Assembly: GCA_951406725.2 (NCBI GenBank)
Contig: OX597823.1
Location: 61,442,001 to 61,506,000 of the forward strand
Direction: 5' to 3'
DNA: 64,000 bases
Source: Octopus vulgaris
Taxonomy: Eukaryota
In this document: in pieces, positions 25,568-39,269 of the stretch
Position numbering within the stretch: the first letter of the stretch is position 1
Layout of the letters: each line of letters begins with the position of its first letter
Notes under the pieces: model-generated
The model's input: only the letters and a program-made list of their open reading frames with translations
Database searches by the model: none
What the model was told of the DNA's origin: nothing
Position numbers and translations under genes: made by a program

Positions 25568-27903
25568 GTGATGATGGTGATGGTGATGATGACGACGGTG
25601 GTGGTGGTGGTGGTGGTGGTGGTGGTGTAGGTGGTGGTAGTGGTGGTGGTGGTGGTGGTGGTAGTGGTGGAGGTGGTGATGGTGGTGGCAGAGGTGGTGG
25701 TGGTGGTGATGGTGGTGATGGTGGTGATGGTGGTGATGATGATGCTGCTGATGATGATGATGATGATGATTAGGACAATGACGATGGTGATGATGATTAT
25801 GAGGATCATGATAATGATAGAGATGATGATGATGATGATCATGATCATGATGACGACTATGACAATGATGATGATCATGATGATGACTCTGATGATGATG
25901 AAGATGATAATGGTAGTGGTAGTGGTGATGATGATGATAGCGACAGCACCGACAACAATGATGACAAGAACAATGACGAAGGTGACGTCCACGCTGACAA
26001 TGATGGTGAAGGTGGTGGTGTGACAGTGATGATGATGATGTTGGTGATAGTGATGATGAGGATGAGGATGATGACATGGATGAGAACAATGGTTGTAACA
26101 ACATTGCTGATGTTGATAAAGATAAGAAAGTGAATGAGGATGAAAGATGATGTTGATGAGAAATGAAAAGAAAGTGTAGGAGAAGAAAGGGATAGATGAT
26201 GATGATGATGACGACGATGGCAGCAGTGGTGGGTGTGTGATGGGTGTAAGGGTGATGGAAGTAGTATTGATGATGATGATGATGATGATGATGACAGTAA
26301 TGTCTATGAGGGTGAGGAGGAGGACAATAACAAAGAAGATAAGGTGGGCAGTGGGTGGAGGATGAGAGGAACAAGGAGGATGGGAGGGGAGGAAAAAGAG
26401 GAGGAAGTGGCAGTGGTGGTGGTGGTGGTGGTTGATGACGATGATGGTGGTGGTGGCGATGTGGTGGAAGAGGAGTGGTGAGGGGAGGGGACGACGAAGA
26501 GAAGGAGAGGAAGAGAAAGAAAAGTAGAAGGAAGAAGAGAAAGAGGAGGAGATGATGAGGAAGATAAAGAAGAGGAGGAAGAGGAAGAGGAGAAAGAGAA
26601 AGAGGAGGAGGAGGAGGAGATGGAGAGGAAAGAGAAAGAAGACGAGGTGAAGATGATGAGGGAAAGAAAGAAAACAAGGAGGAAGTGGAAGAGAAATGAT
26701 AGAAGAGAAGGAAGAGGAGAGAGATGACGAGGAGAAAGAGAAAGAGGGAGACGAGGGGGAAGAAGAAGAGGAGGGGAGGAAGAAGAAGAGGGGAAGAAGA
26801 GGAGATGATAAAGAGAAAGAGAAAGAGGGAGAGGAGGAAGAGGAGGAGGAGAGGAGGAAGAGGAGAAGGAGATGATGAAGAGAAAGAGAAAGAGGAAGTG
26901 GAAGAGGAAGAGAATGATGAGGAAGAGAAAGAGGGAGAGGCAGAAGAGGAGGAGGAGATGATGAAGAGGAGGAGGAGATGATGAAGAGGAGGAGGAGATG
27001 ATGAAGAGAAAGTGGAAGAGGAAGAGAATGAGGAGGAAGAGAAAGAGGGAGAGGCGGAAGAGGAGGAGGAGATGATGAAGAGAAAGTGGAAGAGGAAGAG
27101 AATGAGGAGGAAAAGAAAGAGGAGGAAGAGGAACACAAAGAAGAGATGGAGGAGGAAGAGAAAGAAGAGGAAGTGAAAGAAGAGGAAGTGAAAGAAGGGG
27201 AAGTGAAAGAAGAGGAAGTGAAAGAGGTGGAAGGGAAAGAGGAGGAAGGAGAACGAAGAGGAAGTGAAACAGGAGGAAAGAGGGGAATAGGAGGAGAAAG
27301 AGGAGATGGAGAATGAAGAAGAAGTGAAAGAGGAGGAAAAAGGGAAGAGAAGGAGAAAGAGGAGATGGAGGAGGAAGAGAAGGAAAAGGAAGAGGAAGAG
27401 GAGGAGGAGAATAAAGAGGAAGTGAAACAGGAGGAAAAAGGGGAAATGAAGGAGAAAGAGGAGATGGAGAATGAAGAGGAAGTGAAACAGAAGGAAAAGG
27501 GGGAAGAGAAGGAGAAAGAGGGGATGGAGAAGGAAAAGTAGGAGAAAGAGGAGATGGAGGAGGTAGAGAAAGAGGGGATGAAGAAAAAGAAGAGGATGAA
27601 GAGAAAGAGGAGGAGGAAGAGGAAGTGGAGGAGGAAGAGGAAGTGGAAGAGGAAGAGAAAAAGGAGGAGGAAGAGAAGGAGGAAGAGAAAAAGGAATAGA
27701 AGAAGGAGCAGGGGAAGAGAAGGAAGAGGGGAAGAGACGGAGGAGGTGGTGATATCAGGAGCCGGCAGAGGAAAAGGAGGGTATCGGAGGAGGTAGATGA
27801 AGAGGAGATAACAGAAGAAGCAAGGATAGTGGAGGAAGAGGAGAGAGAGGAAGAAGAGCCAGATGCCAAAGACCAAAACGAAAAAATGATGATGATGATG
27901 ATT
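25568..27903. repeat. 2.3-kb low-complexity block: (GGT)n, (GAT)n, then a GA-rich purine tract
   Basis: Visible directly. It is the source of the 779, 550 and 527 aa low-complexity ORFs. Confidence 0.9.
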
Positions 27904-28155
27904 ACAAGACTAAAAGAAAGACAAAGGGAATTGGCATAAAAAGTGAAGAGTAACAACTGTCCTCTTTCTTTCTCTCTTCACTTCCTCTCCTTCCTCCTCT
28001 TCTGCTTCTCCCCTCCTCTTTATCATCATCATTACCATAACATCTTTATCGTCTTTTTATTCTTCAAATCTCTTTTTTTTTGTTTTCTCTCTCTCTCTCT
28101 CTCTCTCTCTTTCTGTATCCCATGTTATTATGCTCTCAGCATTTATCCAAGCAAA

Positions 28156-28197
<42 letters not shown>

Positions 28198-29151
28198 CCT
28201 CTCTCTCTCTCCATCACGTCTCTAATTATTCCAGTCACTTTTCTTCCTACTTTCACTATCTTAAATGTACTCAATCATCCTTAACCAAAAACTAAGTTTA
28301 ACGAAGGCTTTTCTTTTTTTTTTACATATCATGGGTTGTGTTTATTTTTTTTCTTCTATGAATTCATCAATTAAATCAATTTTTATTTATTCTATTTTAT
28401 TTTATTTTATTTATTTTTGTGTGCGCAGACTAATCAGAACTTTTTATGTATTCTAAATAAAGTATGCATGAAGACATGAAGGACGCAAATGAAAGAGAAT
28501 CAAAAATGAGTAACCAGTTACTAAGATTAAGGCACTGGACTACTGACCACAAGGTCATAAATTAAGATCTTATTCACAGCCATTGTGTTCTGCACCTTGA
28601 GCAAGGCACTCAACGTAATTGGCTCTGGTTTGTCTACTGATGAGAAAACAAAGCAAAATTTAAGGAAAAAAAAAAAAGAAAAATCAAAACTGGTTTCATT
28701 TTGATTCCTAATTTACTGTTGAGTAGTTAATGGCAGATAGGCAAGGGAGTGTGGGGGACGGTGTATGCTCCCCGGACTTAAAAAGATAAAAAATAAATAA
28801 AAAACTGTGAGGATGATGCTTTGGATAATGTAATCCAAGACACACTGTGCTTTGAAAACAAGCAAAGATGATCACAGTTAAGAATTTCCTTTGATTGTAC
28901 GTTTTTGTGATCAGATCTGACCTGAAGCAGAAGAACAATATCAACAATAACAACAGCAGCAGCAGCAGCAACAGCAATAACAACAACAAGAATCACACTG
29001 CATGACACCTCAGACCAAGTGTGTTCTGTTATAGTCTGAAGTCAACCATAACCTTGTGAGTGTAATTTAGTCGGCTAAAACTGTAGAGAAGCCTGTTATA
29101 CATACATACATACATACATACATACATACATACATGCATACATACATACAT

Positions 29152-29703
29152 GGTGGCTGCCCCCTCGTTATCGAGTATGGCCATTGCATGAAGCTTAATC
29201 AATGTTGTTATTGTGCAATGCCTGTGCAAGAAGATTTTTTTTAAAGTGAGGAAAGGCTGTACACTGAGTCAATCCCACTCACTAAGCAACAGCAGCCATA
29301 ATCCGAAAAGAAGAACAAGTCAACATCACTGGTAACCACTGAGCCGCAGGTTTTATGTCGGAGTTATCCCAGTTACCTGAGTTACCTTCTCCTAGAAGGA
29401 TGCCCTAACAAAGGCTAGGAGTCCTACACTCCCAATGGTTTAACCGCACGATCGGGTATTCAGTCTGATTATTTCTATGTCCCCGCGCATGATACATCCT
29501 TAAGACATTTATTGGATGGCCGTTGACTCTCAAGAGTTCCTCCGCCCTTTGACGGGTTTTGTTTTTCATCCCGCAGGGTGTCTAATAAATACCCTCCTCA
29601 CCAAGCAAGCTTGGTAGGGTTGCCGGTTTAGTTGCCGACGACCCGACCATGCAACAGGTTTTACTGGGTTACATGTTACCAGTAGAACTCGAAAGTGACC
29701 TGA
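29152..29703 (-). mobile_element. Non-autonomous RTE-derived element embedded in (ACAT)n
   Basis: Minus strand CTAGCCTTTGTTAGGGCATCCTTCTAGGAGAAGG resembles a conserved RTE 5'-UTR motif, and the 3' end CTCGATAACGAGGGGGCAGCC is followed by (ATGT)n. No RT remnant was seen. Confidence 0.5.
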
Positions 29704-29766
29704 CATACATACATACATACATACATACATACATACATACATACATACAATCATACATACATGCAT

Positions 29767-29878
29767 GAGAAATCTGTAGTTACTCTATTCAGATTACAAG
29801 TTCAGGTTTATACCTGTAATTATTGGGGCCTTGGAATATGTAACACTCCGCCTTAGGCTTCTCAAAACCAGAAAGGAA
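29767..29878 (+). mobile_element. Fragment of an R4/Dong-like RLE domain (family 2)
   Basis: Translates RNL*LLYSDYKFRFIPVIIGALEYVT and is homologous to 58150-58290 (minus). Confidence 0.7.
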
Positions 29879-32302
29879 ATATCTTCTACTACTAAACCAG
29901 GCCTTCTAGCTTCTATTATTCTGTCAGTCTGAATGTTAAAGTCCCACAACATCTTATATTTCTTACTTTCTAGTCCTTTACTAGGTTTGTGTTCATACCA
30001 TTTATCAGTATGTTCAAATCCCAGTGAATTACTCTCCCTAGGTTGTCATGTCTTTTCTATGCCAGCATGCTACATTCACTTACTATATGAGTGACACTTT
30101 CCACTTTTGATTTGCATAGCCTACATTGGGAATCTACTTGGATTTTGTCTATTTTGTCTTCTATCCAATTAGGCCTTAATGCTTGATCTTGTGCTGCTAC
30201 TAACAAACTTTCTGTTTCCCTTTTCATCCTTACTTTCTGCAACCATAACCATATCTCACTACTTCTATTTGCTTCAACTATCTTTGCGAATCTACCATAC
30301 AAAACCTTCTCCTGCCAGTCAGATAATTTCTGTTCTTTTTCTGGTTTTTTAATTTTATTTGGTATTTTGGTTTCCCTATGTCTTGCTGTGACTCTAGAAG
30401 CTTTTAATAAACTTTCTTCACTATTACCTACATAGGAGTCTATATCTACTCTAGCTATCTCCACGCAGTCTTCTACTGATATTAGCCTTCCTCTGCCTTC
30501 CTTTCTAGGTCAGTATAATCTTGCTACTCCTGCCCTTAAGTGGAGTCCTCCATTCATATTGAATTCCTTCCTAGTTCTTCTGTCTAGCTTTGCTAATTCA
30601 GTTTTTGTCCAATCTACAAAATCTACTGCCCAAATATTTACAGCCTTCACTAGATTCAGATCATTTAGCTTTGACTTCATTAGCTTCCTCACCGTTCTAA
30701 TGTAATCCTTCTCAATTTTCGTTTTCATTTCTATAGTTAGTACTCTGTCAGATTCTAATACTCCTAGATACTTACAACTCTCTCCTCCTTTCAATGATTT
30801 TAATGTCTGGACATCTGGTAATTGGGTGCCTTCACTGCCAACTACCTGTCTCCTTCTCATTACTAATATTGCACACTTATTTATGCTATATTCCATGCCT
30901 ATATCTTTGCTAAAGAGTTTTATATTCTGTATTAAGGAATCTATCTCCTTTTCATTCTTACTAAAAACATCTACACCTCAACCAAGTAGAGCAAATGGTT
31001 AATTTTTCCCTTACTATTTCTGAACTTGCTTTCCTGCTTTTGCTTTCCTTGATACTAAACTGAAAGGGATCAGACATAAGGCAAATATTAAAGAGGATAA
31101 AGAGTCCCCTTGGAAAATTCCTCTCTTGATATTAACTTTCCCTAAGACTGTGTCACCTGAGTAGAGGTCTACTTTCCATTTCTTCATACTAAAGCTAATT
31201 AATTCTCTTATGTTGTCTGATATACTGAATATACTCAAACATTCGCTTATCAATGAGTGTGGGATCATATCATAGGCTTTCTTATAATCTATCCATGCTA
31301 TTGTTAGATTTTTCTTTCAAGCTTTCACTTCATTCAGAACTGCTTTGTCTATGTATAATAGATCATGCATTCCTCAAGCCTTCTTCCTGCAACCTTTCTG
31401 TTCTGGTTGTAAATGCTTTCTGAAAGCATTCCTGTTAACATTTTCCACACTAATGGTAAGCAAGTGATTGGTCTGTAATTGCTAGCTGTATTACCCTTGC
31501 TTTTATCTTTCATAAGGAGTATTGTTCTCCCTCTAGTCATCCAATCTGGTATTATTCCTCCATTAAGGCAATCCTGAAGTTGTTCCCTCAGCCTCCCATG
31601 TGAACTACTAAATTTCTTTAGCTAGTACCCTTGAGCTCAATCTGGTTCTGGGCCCTTCCAATTTGGCATTTTTCCTAACAGTTTACTCATTAATGCACTA
31701 GTTAGTCTTAGATCTGGCTGTTTCTCACTCACTACTTTTTCCCTCACTTTCTTTAACCATACTGCATCGCCATTATGATTGGCTTATCCTAAATATTACT
31801 CCAGAACTTTCTAGCTTCTGCATTAGGTTTCTCATCTTCAGTACTTCCTTCTCCTCTATTTATTTGGCTATAAAATCTCTTCTGGTCTATCTCAGATAAT
31901 CTTTTCTGTTGATTCTGATCTATTCTTTACTAATATCTGGAAAGCTTACCTGCTACAGCTATGATATACTGTTTCAACTCTTCTATGACTGACCAAAATC
32001 CTTTCTCTTTGACCAGATATCTTTTCTCAAAAGAAAATTTGCATCTTGTATTTCCTTACTTGTTCAGTTTCCAGGCTTCCATTCTACACCGATCTTGTCT
32101 TAAAATCTTCACTTTATTTTGCAATCTCCTTTCCCACATTTGCTCTTTTTTAATTTTTCCTTGTGGAATATCTAATCTACTAGTAACTACTACCCATACT
32201 GCATAGATCAATAAGTTAGTGTTTCCTATATTTTTAGTATTTATCCTACTGATAACAGAATCTACTTTCCTTGTCATATCGAGCAACTTCCTTCTGTTAT
32301 GT
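29879..32302 (-). mobile_element. Decayed R4/Dong-like non-LTR retrotransposon (RT, CCHC knuckle, start of RLE), truncated at both ends
   Basis: Motifs GRTILLMKDK..NYRPITCLP, AWIDYKKAYDMIPH, RGIFQGDSLS, CRLCKSKVESVTHIVSEC and WDFNIQTDRIIEARRP(G)LVV, with frameshifts and stops. Abuts (TAA)n. Confidence 0.9.
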
Positions 32303-32321
32303 ATTATTATTATTATTATTA

Positions 32322-32355
<34 letters not shown>

Positions 32356-32356
<1 letters not shown>

Positions 32357-32912
32357 GAGTGAGAGAGCAGTTCATGCTATCAAAGTGACACTGGGGTAAA
32401 ATATACGAAGGCCCAATATACCCATCATGACTACCCGTCTGATAAGGGTACACCAGGCACATGCATCACAACCATATGTGCGCTACATGGTGATCTCATA
32501 TCAAGATAAACAGCACATGACCTTGTAGGTGGGGCCCAATTAGAATTTTCTTCTGGTCAAGTAGCCCATCCCGCTCAAACGGTCCCTGAATAAGGGTTGT
32601 TTAAGGATTTTGAAAGAACCACCCATGTTTCCAGAGGTGAATTATTCAAACCCCAAAGAATCCCTCTCAACACATGGCTATGATGCTCCCCCACTACTTC
32701 TGCTTGTGATCAGAGATGCACATATCGTCAGCCACTAAGGGACATGCTCAACTGGTTAAGGTCAAACAACTGACAAGCAAATCTGTGGTATTGAGCAGAA
32801 TATTTGCTGTAGCCCATCTTTTATACCAAGACAAAACAATGTACATGATAACACTTCCAATCAGTTAAGATCAGAAGCCATGAGAGCCACTGCCTGGTAC
32901 TGCATCAGGACA
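32356..32912 (-). mobile_element. (AAT)n-flanked repeat, copy 3
   Basis: Reverse complement of the 12013-13142 units, with (ATT)n on both sides. Confidence 0.85.
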
Positions 32913-32963
<51 letters not shown>

Positions 32964-33770
32964 TATAAAGAATAAATAAAACAAAAACTCAGGAATGTTG
33001 TTGCAGATATATGGCCTTAAGCACTAATATGTTATTCTAAGCACCAATATCTTAATGTGAACACCAACATCTTGCCTTAAACAATATCTTATCTTAAACA
33101 CCAATACCTCATTTTACACATCAATAATTTACATTAAAAAAACCCAAATATTTTAACTCTTTGACTGTGTAATTAAATTTCATAGTCATTCTCATAATGA
33201 TGGTAATTATCCATCAAAAAATAGAACTGACATTTTCTGCTTCTGCAATACTTTTACAGTCTCTCCTGGGGAAGTTTTTTATATCCAACACCAAAAAACT
33301 CATGCTCTGTAAAGAGAAATTTGATGCAATATTTGTAAAAACATTGTGATAATCTGAAAAATTGTTGTTTGGAAAAAGGGTCATGAGGTGTGTCTCTACT
33401 TCTCATAGAATAAAGAGAGGGATTTTTACATAGTTGTGAGGTAAAACTACTTTCTGCAGTCAACAGTAATAAAATTTTGAGCAGATATATCCACTTTTCA
33501 CATTGAAAGGACTAAGTAAAACATTCTTAATCACCATTACCTTGTGTTAAACACCAATATCTTATGTTAAACGTCATCATTTTTCATAAAACCCCAGAAT
33601 TATACTTTAAACACCAAAAGCTCATCTTAAATACCAATATTTTACATTAAACACCAGTATCTTATTAAACTCTAATATCCATACTAATACAACAGTACAT
33701 TCCTACGAATCATTTGTGGAAAGTAACTCAAATGGAGAAAGACACAGGGTGAGAGAAGAGGAGAGGAAGT

Positions 33771-33806
<36 letters not shown>

Positions 33807-34059
33807 AAAAGTGATTAAGAGAGAGAGAATGACTGAAAGAGAAGAGAGCAAAATAGAAAAGGAGATAGTGAGAGTGGGAGAGAAAATAAGATAGGGATAG
33901 AGAGAAAGCGAGATAGAGATAGAGAGAGACTTAGAGAAAGAGAGAAACTAAGGCAGAGGATTCTATGAATGGAGAGGCTGAGTCAGAATGGGGTTAAAGT
34001 GCATCTTAGTATATAAAATAATGGGATTAGAACGTATATGTTTGTATGTAAATATCTCT

Positions 34060-35378
34060 CTTAGCTCTCAAATCCTCCAGTGTTCTCAGCACAATGGGCA
34101 ACAAACCTTCTCCAAGCATCCTGATTGCTTGCTTTCCTCTTAGCTCCACTTGAATCAACTTCCATCATTATCATGGCATCCAAGAATGTATTGTGCCATG
34201 TCTTCCTTGGTATTCCATTTGGTCTTTTACCTCCTTCTGACATTTATTCATTCCATCATGATGGAAGCATGTCTCTCCTACAGTAATCAAAGTACATGAC
34301 CAGTAAACGATATCTGTGGCTTAGTCACAATGTCCTGCAGACTTGCCATTTCAGCTGTTCTCCTCATCTCTTTGTTTCTCACTCTGTCCTAGTATTGAAC
34401 ATGGGCAGTACTGATGGAATATGTCCAGCAACTGAGAAATCTATGCTGTCTTCTTCCAGGTTTCACAGGCAAAGAGGGCTATTAGTATAATGATAGATAT
34501 GTAAAGCTGTGGTCTTATCTTCTTGCTGATGATGGTCTTCAATCTCCATACTGAGTGAAGATGTTGGAATACTGGCGTTGCTTTACTGGTCCTGTCTTGA
34601 CTTCAACATCTGCCTTACCTTCGGAAATACAGCTTCTGCCGCCTTGACTGGCTTCTGTGCCGGTGGCACATAAAAAGCACCCACTACACTCACGGAGTCG
34701 TTGGCATTAGGAAAGGCATCCAGCTGTAGAAACACTACCAGATCAGACTGGAGCCTGGTGCAGCCTCCTGGCTTCCCAGACCCCGCTCGAACCATCCAAC
34801 CCATGCTAGCATGTAAAAAGGACATTAAATGATGATTATGATGATGATGTACTCAGTTTCATCTTGCCTAAGATTGACAAGTTGTGTTTGGGCTCCACCA
34901 GTCAACAGGGTTTTGATCATTTTAGCACTAATCTGCAGATCGGCTTTCACCCCTAAACAGTGTTGGCTATCCGACAAGGCCTACAATGTATCATTGTCAA
35001 AGCTTAGTAATGCCAAGTTAAATGCAAAATCCAAATCTGTCAGTTTACCCAGATTCCACATTATTCCAAAACTGGTTTTTCCATTGCTTTCTGCATGAAG
35101 CCAATCACTGTCAGAAATAGAACTGGTTACAAGATGCGACCCTGTCTCACTCCACCAGCAATTTCAAACATATTGGTGGTTCCACTGCTTGTTTTCCTGC
35201 AACACTGCAAGTTCCTATACGGAGACTTAAAGATGTTGATACATCTGCCCAGGAAGTGGGGTGAGAGGAGAACCATAGACTCTCACAATATTCCTGGCTG
35301 TATCTTGGTGAAGAGCATCAAATGCTTTCTAAAAGTCTATGAAATGAATAAACATGTGAACGTTGGTGTTGATTATGT
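34060..35378 (-). mobile_element. Decayed RTE-clade LINE (RT to C-terminus), interrupted by a SINE
   Basis: Minus-strand motifs FIDFRKAFD, GGVRQG, LTDLDFA, FACETW, GHVL and RPNGIPRKTW..SNQDAWRRFV. Confidence 0.8.
34625..34850 (+). mobile_element. RTE-tailed SINE family E
   Basis: GTTGGCATTAGGAAAGGCATCCAGCTGTAG...CCAACCCATGCTAGCATG..GGACATTAAA(TGA)n. Confidence 0.75.
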
Positions 35379-35501
35379 TTAATTGAGAGAGAGAGGGGTG
35401 GGGAAGTGTGTGTGTGTGTGTGAGACAAAGAATAAGACAAAGAATGCTAAGAAGTGATAGAGCAAGAATTTTAAAATCTCTCTCCTTTCTCCCTCTCTTT
35501 G

Positions 35502-35533
<32 letters not shown>

Positions 35534-35657
35534 TCTCTCTTTCTGAATTTCTTTGAAGTATTTTTGAAGTGTATCTAAAAATATACAATAAAGGCATTAT
35601 TACTCGACACTATTACTTTGCTGCAAGTCCAACGTTAAGATCTTCTCTTAGACATGT

Positions 35658-35946
35658 ATCTTTCATCTTTTATCTTGTTTCAACCACTGGACTGCGGCCA
35701 TGCTGGGGCAACTACTTTGAAGAGTTTTAGACAAACAAAAAGACCTTCAGTACTTTATTTCTTTTGAAAGTCTGGTACTTGTTCTATCAACCGCTTTTGC
35801 CAAGTCACTACGTTAAGTTCTGGAGACATAAATAAACCAACACCAGTTATTGAGCTGTGGTTTGGAGGACAAATGCAGACACAAAAACATACATACAAGC
35901 ACCCCTCCCCCATATATGTGCGTGTGTGTGTGCATGTGCATGTATG

Positions 35947-35981
<35 letters not shown>

Positions 35982-36001
35982 GTATACATATATATATATG
36001 T

Positions 36002-36049
<48 letters not shown>

Positions 36050-36216
36050 CCATGATGGGCTTCCACACAGTTTCCATCTATGAAATTAATTGACAAAATA
36101 TTGATCAGTCTGGGGCTATAAGCAGAAGTTAATTGCTCAGGGTACTACACAGTGGGATTGAAGCTGAAACTATGAGGTTTGAAAGTGAGCTTCATCTCAC
36201 AGCCATTCCTACACCC
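35658..36216 (-). mobile_element. SINE family A, diverged
   Basis: Homologous to the other family A copies, with an expanded internal (TA)n. Confidence 0.75.
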
Positions 36217-36634
36217 GTAAATCCATGTCTGCATCTATGTGTGTGTATGTATATATATAAATTTGTGTGTGTGCTATCTGCTTCCTTATTCTATACAATC
36301 ATCTCTGTGAACTCTATTAGAAGCCTACAAACATCATCATCGCAAATTATCACAATACTAGTGTATGTCTATATACAGTGTATCTATATATATGTGTGTG
36401 TGTATATGTGTATATGTGTATGTGTGTCACAACTTCCTCTTCCGTCTCTCTCTCTCTCCCTCTTCCTCTCCATTTCTCTCGCTCTCTCTCCCTCTTCCTC
36501 TCCATTTCTCTCGCTCCCTCTCTCCCCCTTTCTCTATCTCACCTGCTGTTTGTCCTTGTTGTCACTTTCTCAGTAACAACAGATAACTACATTCCTCAGT
36601 TTTCACCTAAGGACATGTAAGATTTCAAAGGCTT

Positions 36635-36854
<220 letters not shown>

Positions 36855-37031
36855 TCCTTATGTGTATAAATATATCGTATAATTAATATATATTATTCTT
36901 GACTAATTTGCATGTTAGACCACTGGAAATGTAAATTTTGATTGAATATTTTAAATTTAATTAAATTCCATTTCCCTTTTGATATATATATATATATATA
37001 CATACATATATATATACATACTCACTACATG

Positions 37032-37111
<80 letters not shown>

Positions 37112-37200
37112 TAGATATCAGTTTCTATGATAGCTAGTTTGCTGCACATGGTGAGCATGGCTGCAGTCAAATGACTGAAACAAGTATAAGAATAAAAGAA

Positions 37201-37646
37201 TGGTTTCAAATTTTGGCACAAGGCCAGCAATTTCAGGGAATTGGGCAAGTCAATTATATCACCCCAATGATCAACTGGTTCTTATTTTATCAACCCCGAA
37301 AGGATGTAAGGCAAAGTCGACCTTAACAGAATTTGAACTTAGAACATAAAGACACACAAAATGCCTCAAAGTATTTCGGATGATGTGCCAATGATTCTGC
37401 CAGCTCACTACCCTAGATAAAGCTATAAATAATCCTTTCTACATTAGGCACAAAGCCTGACATTTGAGGGAGGGGGATAGTCAATTACATTCACCCAAGT
37501 ATTCAACAGCTACTTATTTTACCGACCCCTGAAAGGATGAAAGGCAAAGGTGACCTTAGCAAAATCTGAACTCAGATCTTAAGGATGGACAAAATGCCAC
37601 GAAGCATTTTGCCTGGTGTGCTAATGATTCTGCCAGCTTGTCACCT
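37201..37646 (-). mobile_element. Two tandem SINE family B copies
   Basis: Family B blocks at 37201-37412 and 37433-37646. Confidence 0.8.
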
Positions 37647-39269
37647 TCATAAAATCATAAATAATGTGTAGAATATTGGGTTAAAAAAACCCACTGGATG
37701 GGGAAAAATGTGAAAGGCTTTTCATGGTACTTGAACCCACAACGTCTGTAAATGTGATAGATGTTCTAACCATTGTACCAAAGCAATATGCAATACTTGA
37801 AGTGTTCTCTCTTCATTTAGAATCTTTGTTCTTACAATCAAGAATTATAGATTGTTTACATTATAAGAATTGAGAAACTAAAAGAAGTATAAGGTAATTT
37901 TCTTTTTTAACAGAGAAGCTTGAAGGAGAAAATGCTATAAATAATAATATGTCTTATAGAATACTAGATGAAAAAAGTCAAACTAAAGCCATACAACCAT
38001 ATGCAGAAAAACAATAAAATATATAAAGTCAAAGACTTTAAATAACAAACAAACAAGACTTCATCTTGATAACACTTTACAATATCTAACAAAACTTCAC
38101 CTAAGTAAACATGCCTAATTTCAAACACTGCTTCCTCCAGATTTATTAACCTTTAAGAATTTAAAACACCAGCATGATCACCAATCCTACCAAACCATTG
38201 TCATTCACCCTAAAAGTGCCTTACCAGTTTACAGATTTCTTCATCATTCCCCTTCTCAGTGGGTCCACCTATTTATTAATCCATGGCATCAGAAAGTCTG
38301 TAACAGAGATACAATACAACTAGGTCAGTTAAATGTCAGAATCGTGCTGCGTAAATCAAGAGAAGTTATAGATAGCAGTTTTTGGATATTGATACATGTT
38401 GTTTTGTAAGAAGCAAAACATTTAGAATTCAGTATTCGGTATTTGTGGAAAATAATAATCATTGGCAACGCTAGTAAATCTAAGATCAGCTAAGTAGGAA
38501 ATAGCACAGGAAACAAGAACCTGGCTATACTAGAAGGTTGGGTGAAATGAATAACACAAATACTAACAATGTGAATGACAGAACTATTCTACTAAATGTC
38601 ATTATTAGCCAACATGCATACAATTGCTGTATCTATCCATTTAATAGGCTGTTTTCTATGACTTGCTGGAGGAAATGAAAGATTTATTCTATATTAGCAA
38701 CAAATATTTCATTGTGGAATCAAAAGAGTTCAACACTACGCTAGAAGCAAACAGTGTACAAAACGTCCGTGCTGAAAACAGTTAAAACACTCATACAGGG
38801 ATATGAGAACTGAACATAAGGGAATATATGTACAAAATAGAGCATAGTTAATAAGAGAGACTAGACACTGTTAGCCACACCATCACTCATTATAAAAGTA
38901 AGTTAGTGTTTTTTTAAGGTAGTGTGTTAATGTATAAGGTAAGCTATTGATGTTTAAGGTGAGTTTTTAATGATTAAGATAAAGTATGGATGATTTTGGT
39001 AAGATATTGGGGATTAAGGTAAAGAATTGTGGTTTAAGGTAAGATATTCATGTCTTTGGATATTATTGTACAAATACAGCTGTGTGGGTTAAGATGTTTC
39101 TTTTGTGTCCATGAGGTTTCGGGTTCAGTTCTATAGTTTGGCATTTTGGGTTCATGTTTTCTATTACAACCTCAAGTTAGCCAATGTGAGTGAATTTTGT
39201 CAATGGAAAATGTGCAGAATTCTCTCATATGCATATATATTACACACACTTACATAAATATATATATAT

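Noticed and set aside
25537-27956. 779, 550 and 527 aa ORFs on the minus strand
   Set aside because: They are stop-free only because they read pyrimidine-rich simple repeats. All three frames are open and no domain is present.
33020-33690. Degenerate AACACCAATATCTTA-type ~21-bp repeats (similar tracts at about 3990-4130 and 38900-39060)
   Set aside because: Too degenerate to define a unit or function by eye. Likely old minisatellites.
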